From positions 1 through 24,224 of the forward strand of contig JACAFS010000009.1 of NCBI GenBank assembly GCA_013378385.1: a DNA stretch of 24,224 nucleotides, given 5' to 3'. Positions 16,971-23,667 of this stretch are shown one piece after another. The DNA is from Nitrososphaerota archaeon. GTDB taxonomy: Archaea > Thermoproteota > Nitrososphaeria > Nitrososphaerales > UBA57. The position numbers and the translations under genes are program-made. Numbering within the stretch: position 1 is the first letter of the stretch; each line of letters starts with the position of its first letter. A model generated the notes under the pieces. It worked only from the letters and a program-made list of their open reading frames with translations. It ran no database searches and had not been told where the DNA came from.

Positions 16971-17738
16971 TTATCTTAATGTTTCTAATGATTTACTATC
17001 TGGCCGCAATAAATTCATTAAAAGTTCAAAATATTCAATTAATACCGATGCAAAGTCGCCATCATCATTCAACTCGAACTTTGTTAGAAACTCCTCGTAC
17101 GTCTCATATTTCTGTTTATTTGCATATTTATAAAATGAAAGAAATTGTCTATTTTTACTAATCATTAACTTAGATAATTCTGATGATTCATTCAAAAGAT
17201 TACGTCTCTTTAATGAAGCCAATGCAAACGCATTTCTTGCCAATAAAGAAGCATCTATTAGATTATTTCCTGTAGGCTCATCCGACATCCATGTCACAAA
17301 AAAATTCTGAATCAGCTTTCTCTCTCTTTCATTGTCCATTAACTGAAAAACAATATCATCTACAATCATGTTTTGAAGATGATTAAAACCTTCATTCAAT
17401 GAACGCGCTTCTAAGTTGTTTAATCCTTCTTGCTCAACTACATGTGACATCACTTCATTAATAATTTCTGATTGATGCGATGGCGAATTTATTTCTGTAA
17501 AATATATATGCGCTAATTCATGAAGAATTAATCCATTTAACATATCCGAGTCTAATGCCCAATCTGCAATTACAATTGAACTATTATTGGAATCAATTTT
17601 TGCATAACCCATAAATTGTAATTCGGGATCAATTTCAACAGATATCTTATTGTGAAGTTCATAACCTGCATTCTTCATATTTTTAACTGCCAAATCAAGT
17701 GATTCTTCTAAAAACTCATCCTGACTTGTCGATTTCAT
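16971..17738 (-). CDS. Hypothetical HEXXH protein (putative zinc metallopeptidase, family not recognised)
   Basis: The ORF is open to TTG 17747, but the ATG at complement(17736..17738) is the likelier start (MKSTSQ...). It has a single HEXXH motif in the context MLNGLILHELAHIYFTE, preceded by a predicted beta-rich segment (SIVIADWAL). The remainder looks helical. No TM segment or signal peptide is apparent. Confidence 0.5.
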   Translation of the reverse strand: MKSTSQDEFLEESLDLAVKNMKNAGYELHNKISVEIDPELQFMGYAKIDSNNSSIVIADWALDSDMLNGLILHELAHIYFTEINSPSHQSEIINEVMSHVVEQEGLNNLEARSLNEGFNHLQNMIVDDIVFQLMDNERERKLIQNFFVTWMSDEPTGNNLIDASLLARNAFALASLKRRNLLNESSELSKLMISKNRQFLSFYKYANKQKYETYEEFLTKFELNDDGDFASVLIEYFELLMNLLRPDSKSLETLR

Positions 17739-17820
17739 TTTAATCAATAAATGGTTGCTTTCTAATGGTTATAAATTTAAAGAAAATGGACCGGAAGGGA
17801 ATTGAACCCTCGACCTTATG

Positions 17821-17836
17821 GGATAGTGTAATCTTT
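17821..17836 (-). repeat. Direct repeat copy 1 (within the 3' insertion of tRNA-Ala)
   Basis: The plus strand reads GGATAGTGTAATCTTT (tRNA sense AAAGATTACACTATCC). It matches 17850-17864 at 14 of 16 aligned positions, with one gap and one mismatch. Confidence 0.7.
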
Positions 17837-17849
17837 CCGCATGCGAAGC

Positions 17850-17864
17850 GGATAGTATATCTTT
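17850..17864 (-). repeat. Direct repeat copy 2 (within the 5' insertion of tRNA-Ala, running into the anticodon stem)
   Basis: The plus strand reads GGATAGTATATCTTT (tRNA sense AAAGATATACTATCC). It is the partner of 17821-17836. The two copies bracket the anticodon stem-loop. Confidence 0.7.
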
Positions 17865-17970
17865 CGATTCTACCGCTGAACTACCGGCCCTGAATTCTAT
17901 ATAAAATATTCACATAATTGTTTATCCAATAACTCAAAACTTAAAGAAGGCTAATATTAAGTTAATTAGA

Positions 17971-18045
17971 GCGGTCATCGTATAGTCTGGTCTAATACGT
18001 TAGCTTGCCAAGTTGATAACTCGGGTTCAAATCCCGGTGACCGCA
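17971..18045 (+). tRNA. tRNA-Gly (anticodon GCC), intronless
   Basis: Hand fold, 75 nt in total:
- Acceptor GCGGTCA/TGACCGC with discriminator A.
- U8.
- D-arm GTAT-AGTCTGGTCTA-ATAC.
- Anticodon stem TTAGC/GTTGA (two G.U pairs), loop TTGCCAA.
- Variable loop TAAC.
- T-arm TCGGG-TTCAAAT-CCCGG. Confidence 0.85.
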
Positions 18046-18055
18046 TATGAAAAAA
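18046..18055 (-). terminator. Oligo-T tract immediately after the HMG-CoA reductase stop codon
   Basis: The minus strand reads TAA-TTTTTT-CAT (A6 on the plus strand at 18050-18055). Oligo-T runs are the usual archaeal intrinsic termination signal. The tract lies in a 10-nt gap before the convergent tRNA-Gly 3' end. Confidence 0.35.
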
Positions 18056-19324
18056 TTATTTATCTAATTCCTTGATCAGTTCTTTCGCACGTAGAAACTT
18101 TACATCTTTTTCTTGAATCATTATTTCTGTAACTTTTTCTATTAATTTACCTTTTGCACCTGCTGATATTGCTATATTCCTTGCATGAAGTTTCATATGA
18201 CCTTCTTGAATTCCTTCTGACACTAATGCACGAAGTGCAGCAAGATTCTGTGCAAGACCTATTGAAGCCATGATCTCGCTTAATTGAGCCGCAGTCTTCA
18301 CTCTAAGAATTTTTAAACAAATCTTTGAACTTGGATGTACTGACGCCGTACCGCCTACTATTCCTACAGGAATTGGTATTTTTATAGTTCCAAATAAATT
18401 TCCCGACAAATCTTTTTCCCATGTTGTTACTGGAATATATCTTCCTGATATCGAAGCGTATGCATGAACTGATGATTCTATTGCTCTTGTATCTTGTCCA
18501 GTTGCAATTGCAATAGCAGTTATTCCATTCATTATTCCTTTATTGCTTGTTACAGCTCTGTATGCATCATTATGTGCAAATTCTGACGCATCTAATATTG
18601 ATTCAACAACTTGTTCACCGCCTAGCAATTCTTTATCAAATGTTGCAGAGGCTTCAACAATCCTTCCAATAGCAAGATTTGAAACAATTTTTAATAATGA
18701 TTTTCCTCCCGATATTTCTTCCATTCTTGAAGATAATGATTCTGCTACTGTATTACAGGCATTAGCTCCCATTGCATCTTTACAATCAATTAATATTTCC
18801 ACAATTAACATCTTGCCTCGTTTCGTATCTAGTTCTTTCAATTGTATGTCTTTTGCACCTCCTCCTAACGATGATAATGTAGGAGTCACTTCACAAGCTA
18901 GTTCTAGTAATTTTGATTTATTATCTAAAATATTCTTTTTTGCTAATGAAATATCGTCTATATTGATGAGTTGTATTTGTGCACGCATAATATTTCCCAT
19001 ACTCTTTGCCGAAAATCCACCTCTTTCCCGTCCAAGACCTGCAGCATTACTACATGCAGCTATTACTGATGGTTCTTCTGTTGCTAAAGGAACTAAATAT
19101 TCATTCTCATTAATGATAAAATTCGTGGCTATTCCTACAGGTATGGAAATTCCTCCTATTGCATTTTCGATCATATTTGATGCATCATCGATATCAATTC
19201 CAGACATTGACTCCATAATTTTCACCTCTTCATCTGTTAAATCGGCAAATTCCTTCAATTTACTTAATCTTTCATAAGCATTTAATTTGTAAAAACCAGG
19301 AATTCTTGAGTTTTTTTCTGACAT
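18056..19324 (-). CDS. hmgA: Hydroxymethylglutaryl-CoA reductase, class II (bacterial-type / NAD(P)H)
   Basis: 422 aa. Class II hallmarks: IPGFYKL...ER, ENAIGGISIPVGIATNFIINENEYLVPLATEEPSVIAA, DAMGANACNTV, IPVGIVGGTASVHP and EGIQEGHMKLHARNIA. Class I enzymes instead carry ...GHLVKSHM... and different N-terminal motifs. Confidence 0.9.
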   Translation of the reverse strand: MSEKNSRIPGFYKLNAYERLSKLKEFADLTDEEVKIMESMSGIDIDDASNMIENAIGGISIPVGIATNFIINENEYLVPLATEEPSVIAACSNAAGLGRERGGFSAKSMGNIMRAQIQLINIDDISLAKKNILDNKSKLLELACEVTPTLSSLGGGAKDIQLKELDTKRGKMLIVEILIDCKDAMGANACNTVAESLSSRMEEISGGKSLLKIVSNLAIGRIVEASATFDKELLGGEQVVESILDASEFAHNDAYRAVTSNKGIMNGITAIAIATGQDTRAIESSVHAYASISGRYIPVTTWEKDLSGNLFGTIKIPIPVGIVGGTASVHPSSKICLKILRVKTAAQLSEIMASIGLAQNLAALRALVSEGIQEGHMKLHARNIAISAGAKGKLIEKVTEIMIQEKDVKFLRAKELIKELDK

Positions 19325-19369
19325 GTATAGTAAATATAAACAATAGTCAGTAAAATGATTATCTATGAA

Positions 19370-19744
19370 TTACTTGACTGAATCGAAAGATTCTAACTCA
19401 AATTCGTATAAATCGTCTGGCGCTACTGAATAATTCTCAGTTAGGTATTCTTTAGCTTTATCACTTAATGACGCTTTATTGACAATAACTTTAAAATTAA
19501 ATTCTGGAGCGTCTCCCGATTCATTATGTTGCCCTTCTAAATTTTTTAACATTTTCTTCTCTCCAATCACTAGTGTTGCAATCCGTCTTCCATCAGGCAA
19601 TTGTTCATAAAACTGTACATCTATTTTATTCTCTTTTTTATTAATGTCTAGTAAATACCCGGCAAGTTCTAGTGTATTGGATTTTTTCATTTTTACTGAA
19701 GAAATTTCTTCTGCTAACCATGTAGGAAATGACTGTTTACCCAC
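19370..19744 (-). CDS. Hypothetical protein (124 aa from GTG; 106 aa if it starts at the internal ATG at complement 19688-19690)
   Basis: The open frame begins with a GTG immediately after the pgk stop codons, on the same strand and in the same frame. The composition is acidic and protein-like. I recognise no motif. Confidence 0.45.
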   Translation of the reverse strand: MGKQSFPTWLAEEISSVKMKKSNTLELAGYLLDINKKENKIDVQFYEQLPDGRRIATLVIGEKKMLKNLEGQHNESGDAPEFNFKVIVNKASLSDKAKEYLTENYSVAPDDLYEFELESFDSVK

Positions 19745-19753
19745 TTATCATCA

Positions 19754-20953
19754 TCACTTTGTATGTTTATCTGCAGAATTATTTAAAGCATTTAACAATG
19801 GTAATTCTTCACCAGTGAGATACCTAATTAATGCACCTCCTGCTGTACTGACATGATAAATTTTGTCCTTCAAATCTAACTGTGAAAGTACTGCACTTAG
19901 ATGACCTCCACTGGTTATAGTTCTCGCATTTGTATTTGATAATTTAGTAAGAATTTCCGTAGTTCCCAGCCTAAATTCAGAATTCTCAAACATCCCTAAT
20001 GGCCCTGTTATGAATATATTCTCCGCATTATCAATTTGTTGAGAATATTTATTGATAGTTTTTTGACCAATATCAAAAATCCGATCTGATGAGTTTAATT
20101 CTGATAAAGATTTTTCTGTTCTCTTTCCATCAACTTCTACTGCAACGTCATCTGCTAACATAAACTTTTCTGGATATTTCTCTAATAATGATTTTGCAGT
20201 ATTAATTGATTTTTCATCATCTATTGATGTCGCTTCCAGAGGAACTTTTTCAGTTGCTGCCAAAAAAACATTTCCAATCAAACCACCTAATAGTGCTTTT
20301 TCTATTCTACCTGCTTCAATTAATTTTTGAATTGATTTTAATCTATCAGGAATTTTTGCACCACCTAAGATTGCAGTAAATTTTGTATTAGAATCTTCAA
20401 CTATTCCTTTTAATGCCTTAACTTCTCGTTCAACAATTTTACCTGCACACGCCGGTCTTAGTTCTGCAAATCCTACTATTGATGGATGTGATCTATGTGA
20501 CGTTGAAAATGCATCTAATACACAATAATCTATGTGTTCTGCTAATTTACTAACAAGATGTGATTTAATAGCATCTTTAGGTAACATTTCTGCATTTTCT
20601 TCTGCTGTAAATCTTAGATTATCTAGTAATAATATGTCTCCTGTCTCGAGATTCTTTATTGTATCTATTGCAGTAGGCCCAAAAACATCTGGAACAAAAT
20701 CTATTTTTCTATTTAGTAACTTTGAAAGTGCAGGAGCATGTTGTTCCATTGAAACATAGTCTGATTTTCCTAATCGACCTTGATGAGATGCAACAATTAA
20801 TTTCGAATCTTTTAGTGCATCAATAGTTTCTGCAACTTCTAATAATCGTGAATCATCTAGTATCTTCAACGAGTCTGGATCAATTGGACTATTTATATCA
20901 CATCGTAAGAAAACTGTTTTTCCCTTGATGTCTAAGTCTTGTATTGATAGCAT
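19754..20953 (-). CDS. pgk: Phosphoglycerate kinase
   Basis: 399 aa. It has FLRCDINSPI (N-terminal substrate motif), ILGGAKIPDRLKSI, and the C-terminal HVSTAGGALIRYLTGEELPLLNAL. Confidence 0.95.
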   Translation of the reverse strand: MLSIQDLDIKGKTVFLRCDINSPIDPDSLKILDDSRLLEVAETIDALKDSKLIVASHQGRLGKSDYVSMEQHAPALSKLLNRKIDFVPDVFGPTAIDTIKNLETGDILLLDNLRFTAEENAEMLPKDAIKSHLVSKLAEHIDYCVLDAFSTSHRSHPSIVGFAELRPACAGKIVEREVKALKGIVEDSNTKFTAILGGAKIPDRLKSIQKLIEAGRIEKALLGGLIGNVFLAATEKVPLEATSIDDEKSINTAKSLLEKYPEKFMLADDVAVEVDGKRTEKSLSELNSSDRIFDIGQKTINKYSQQIDNAENIFITGPLGMFENSEFRLGTTEILTKLSNTNARTITSGGHLSAVLSQLDLKDKIYHVSTAGGALIRYLTGEELPLLNALNNSADKHTK

Positions 20954-20981
20954 GTTTAATCATACTCTCCGATTATAATTC

Positions 20982-21899
20982 TTATTTGAGTGTATCTTTT
21001 ATTGTTCTAGCAATTACGTCAGCTACACTAACATAACTAACTTGGCTTGGAACTGTATCTGTTCCCACCACTATTGAAACACCAGAATTGTATATGTTTG
21101 CTAGGGCGGAGTCAAATGGCGTTTTTCCACGAAGTACAGGATGTGTACATCCAACGACAATTTTACCTGCGCCTGCTTCTTGAATTAATTTTACTGCTTC
21201 AATAATCGTACCACCAGAGCTAATGATGTCGTCAATGATAACGACGTCTTTTCCCTTTACAGGAAGAGGTTTACCCTCCCTTGTAGTAATACTGACCTCT
21301 GTAGCACTGTATCTGGTCTTAAACATAATTTCGTAATCAACACCCATAGTTTCTGCAGCAACCTTGGCCCATTGTTCAGACTCTTCATCAGGTCCTATAA
21401 CCAATGGATTTTTTAATCCTGCGCTATCTTTGATCCATTTTGCAATATCTGGAACTGCACTAAGGTTCTTTGTAGGGGTTTTCTTGATTAGCTCACTCAA
21501 ATCATTAACTCTTTGAAGATGCAAGTCGATTGTATAGATCATATCTATTCCTAAATCATCTATTATCTTAGAAACTAGATGGAAACTTCCAGGCTCACCT
21601 GGATTGAACCTATTGTCTTGTCGAGCATATGCAAAGTATGGCACAAATGTAGTAATTGACTTTGCCTTACCATCTTTTAATGCTGAACAAATTAATAGAT
21701 ATTCAATAAATAATTCATCAGGTTTCAAACCCATTGGATGAATTAATACAACATCTTCATTCTCAACTTCGTCATGATAACGAATATATTTCTCGCCATC
21801 TGGGAACTTCGTAATTTCAATTTTACCTAATTTAGCATCCAGTAATTTAGCTACTTTTGTTGCCAAAACTGTGCCTTCTGATCCACCGTATATTATCAT
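20982..21899 (-). CDS. prs: Ribose-phosphate pyrophosphokinase (PRPP synthetase), archaeal type
   Basis: 305 aa. It has ...KFPDGEKYIRY..., VPYFAYARQD and TIDLH, plus the PRPP-binding loop VVIIDDIISSGGTI. Confidence 0.9.
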   Translation of the reverse strand: MIIYGGSEGTVLATKVAKLLDAKLGKIEITKFPDGEKYIRYHDEVENEDVVLIHPMGLKPDELFIEYLLICSALKDGKAKSITTFVPYFAYARQDNRFNPGEPGSFHLVSKIIDDLGIDMIYTIDLHLQRVNDLSELIKKTPTKNLSAVPDIAKWIKDSAGLKNPLVIGPDEESEQWAKVAAETMGVDYEIMFKTRYSATEVSITTREGKPLPVKGKDVVIIDDIISSGGTIIEAVKLIQEAGAGKIVVGCTHPVLRGKTPFDSALANIYNSGVSIVVGTDTVPSQVSYVSVADVIARTIKDTLK

Positions 21900-21912
21900 T
21901 TCATATTACCTT

Positions 21913-22887
21913 TTACATTAGTTCTATTAAATCTTTTATTACTAAAGATGCTGCTGAAGGTGGTATTATACCTTTTTCTGTAACAATAACGTCAATATTT
22001 TCTGGCGGTGTTACATCAAATACAGGGTTTCTAATTTTTATATTAGGATATGCTTTTAGATACTCTTCCGAACAAACTTCAGTTGCATCTCTTTCTTCAA
22101 TCTCTGTAAGCTCTCCGTACATTGTATCTGCATAAAATTTGTATGTTTCCGCTGCAGCCATTAGTTTAACACGAGCTTCATGTGCCACAGCTGCTAATTG
22201 TGAAGTACCAATCTTGTTAACTACTGCTCCGTTTACTGCTACTGCATCAGCTCCACATACTGCTCGATCAGCCTTCTCAACAAATCGTCTTGCCGCTGAA
22301 TCTATTATTATTGTAACATCACAACCATGTTTCGACAATGTAGCTGCTGTTTTATGTCCCTGGAATAAAGGTCGTGTCTCACAACAAATTATTTTAATTC
22401 CTTTGCCCATATCATGTGCTGCCTTCAATACACTTATTGCCGCTTCACTATTACAAATCGTAATAACTGTATCACCATTTCTAATTCGTTTTCCACCATA
22501 TTCGCCAATTTTATTATAGGCGTCTAAACTGTTATGCACGAATTGTTCTGCCGCTTTAATAGTAGCTTCTTTTATGTTATCTGAAGATTCCCCTGCATTG
22601 TAAGATTTTCTAGTCGATGCTAGAACAATATTTACTCCATTCGGAAGTGAAACTGCAGTTGGTCTAGCAGATCGTAATTTTTTGCCTTCTTTCATTATAT
22701 TGTTATAGAATTGTTCACGATCTGAACTGTTTGTATTCTCTACATAATTCTTTAAAGCACTTGCTGCCAATCTTGCAATTCGTCCTGCCCCGTGAATACG
22801 CATATCTTTAATTTGACTGTATGCTGTATCTACATCAATATCTACAACCCCCGAAACTGTGGGAATGTTTATTGGATCATCTGTCAT
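21913..22887 (-). CDS. eIF-2B alpha/beta/delta-family protein, e2b2 type: ribose-1,5-bisphosphate isomerase-like
   Basis: 324 aa. From memory it is colinear with the Thermococcus kodakarensis R15P isomerase: MRIHGAGRIARLAA, RPTAVSLPN, AAEQFVHNS, GDTVITICNSEAAISVLK (candidate catalytic Cys), ETRPLFQG, IIDSAARRFV (candidate catalytic Asp), GADAVAVNGAVVNKIGT, AAETYKF, NPVFDVTPPENIDVIVTEKGIIPP. Confidence 0.8.
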   Translation of the reverse strand: MTDDPINIPTVSGVVDIDVDTAYSQIKDMRIHGAGRIARLAASALKNYVENTNSSDREQFYNNIMKEGKKLRSARPTAVSLPNGVNIVLASTRKSYNAGESSDNIKEATIKAAEQFVHNSLDAYNKIGEYGGKRIRNGDTVITICNSEAAISVLKAAHDMGKGIKIICCETRPLFQGHKTAATLSKHGCDVTIIIDSAARRFVEKADRAVCGADAVAVNGAVVNKIGTSQLAAVAHEARVKLMAAAETYKFYADTMYGELTEIEERDATEVCSEEYLKAYPNIKIRNPVFDVTPPENIDVIVTEKGIIPPSAASLVIKDLIELM

Positions 22888-23000
22888 ATCAATAAAAAAT
22901 ATTACTAATACCTTACTTAAGTGTTGAGAAATATTTTTTAATCACGAAATTGGGAATTTAAAATTTTTTATAGTTGAATAAACGAATTAACATAACAATC

Positions 23001-23651
23001 ATGAAAATTGCACCATCGATGTTAGCATCAAAACCTGAAAATTATGTCCATGATGTACAAGTTCTAGAAAAAGCCAATGTTGAGTGGTTTCATATAGATG
23101 TGTTAGACGGAACTTTTACTGATACATTTGCCTTTCCAGTAGAACATCTTGAAATTATTAATAATGCAACAGATTTTCCCATGGATATTCATTTAATGAC
23201 TAATCATGCAATTGAATCTCTTCCTAAATATATTGAAGCCGGTGGTGATATGCTTACGGCCCATGTAGAAGCAGTAAACCCAAGAAAGTATATTGACGCT
23301 GTTAAAAAACACGATAAAATGGTCGGCCTTGCAATTAATCCTGATACTCCTCTTTCTTCTATCATAGACTACATCGATGAATTAGATAGAATATTGGTTA
23401 TGACTGTAGTTCCTGGTAAAACAGGTCAATCATTTATAGAATATCCCTTATCAAAGGTCAGAGAAGCTCGCGCACTTATTGACAAACATCAATATAATGT
23501 AGAATTATGTGTAGATGGAGGAATCAATGAAAAAACAGCACCACTTGCTTTTGAAGCAGGTGTTGACGTAGTTGTTTGTGGAGCTGGAATTCTCTATAAA
23601 GATGATATGATTCAAGCAGTTGAAGATTTACGTGCACTTGCATCTAAATAA
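23001..23651 (+). CDS. rpe: Ribulose-phosphate 3-epimerase
   Basis: MKIAPSMLAS..., HIDVLDG, DIHLM, VMTVVPG and CVDGGIN motifs are present. The ORF track begins at TTG 22974, but the ATG at 23001 gives the canonical Rpe N-terminus. Confidence 0.9.
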   Translation: MKIAPSMLASKPENYVHDVQVLEKANVEWFHIDVLDGTFTDTFAFPVEHLEIINNATDFPMDIHLMTNHAIESLPKYIEAGGDMLTAHVEAVNPRKYIDAVKKHDKMVGLAINPDTPLSSIIDYIDELDRILVMTVVPGKTGQSFIEYPLSKVREARALIDKHQYNVELCVDGGINEKTAPLAFEAGVDVVVCGAGILYKDDMIQAVEDLRALASK

Positions 23652-23667
23652 AAAATATATTTTATTT
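23646..23667. terminator. A/T-only imperfect palindrome with oligo-T runs on both strands between convergent rpe and tkt
   Basis: AAATAAAA-aatata-TTTTATTT is an 8-bp A/T stem spanning the 10-nt gap between the rpe stop (23649-51) and the tkt stop (23662-64). It provides TTTTATTT on the + strand and TTTTTTATTT on the - strand. Confidence 0.3.

Larger units (their letters stand above)
17787..17890 (-). tRNA. tRNA-Ala (anticodon CGC) with two non-canonical insertions/introns
   Basis: Reverse-complement fold:
- Acceptor GGGCCGG/CCGGTCC, including the Ala identity pair G3:U70, with discriminator A.
- D-arm GTTC-AGCGGTA-GAAT.
- Anticodon stem TCCGC/GCGGA, loop TTCGCAT, anticodon CGC (plus-strand 17843-17845).
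- Variable loop AGGTC.
- T-arm GAGGG-TTCAATT-CCCTT.

The gene is 104 nt against a 72-nt mature form. A 13-nt insertion lies between the D-arm and the anticodon stem (about 17853-17866). A 19-nt insertion lies between the anticodon stem and the variable loop (about 17817-17835). I could not draw clean BHB motifs for either by eye. Confidence 0.75.

Noticed and set aside
17891-17970. Promoter calls for the divergent tRNA-Ala and tRNA-Gly genes (TTTTATATA at 17898-17906; TAATATTAA at 17952-17960)
   Set aside because: Both A/T boxes lie only about 8-20 nt from the mature 5' ends, too close for the usual spacing of about -26. Nearly any stretch of this spacer is A/T-rich, so no box can be singled out.
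18543-19277. 244-aa ORF on the + strand, antisense to HMG-CoA reductase
   Set aside because: It lies entirely inside a confidently identified gene on the other strand. Its translation is low-complexity, Ser/Ile/Asn-rich, and has no motif. This is a typical shadow ORF of an AT-rich coding region.
18046-19369. HMGR as cargo of a tRNA-Gly-targeted integrated element
   Set aside because: The window contains no integrase, no recognisable direct repeat of the tRNA-Gly 3' end, and no compositional break visible by eye. Only the class II phylogenetic oddity remains, and it is reported as a finding.
22974-23000. N-terminal extensions implied by the ORF track: rpe from TTG 22974, the HEXXH gene from TTG 17747, purP-like from TTG 14845
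   Set aside because: ATG codons a few codons downstream give N-termini that match the families (MKIAPSML for Rpe) or fit the TATA spacing equally well. The longer forms are kept only as alternatives in the evidence fields.
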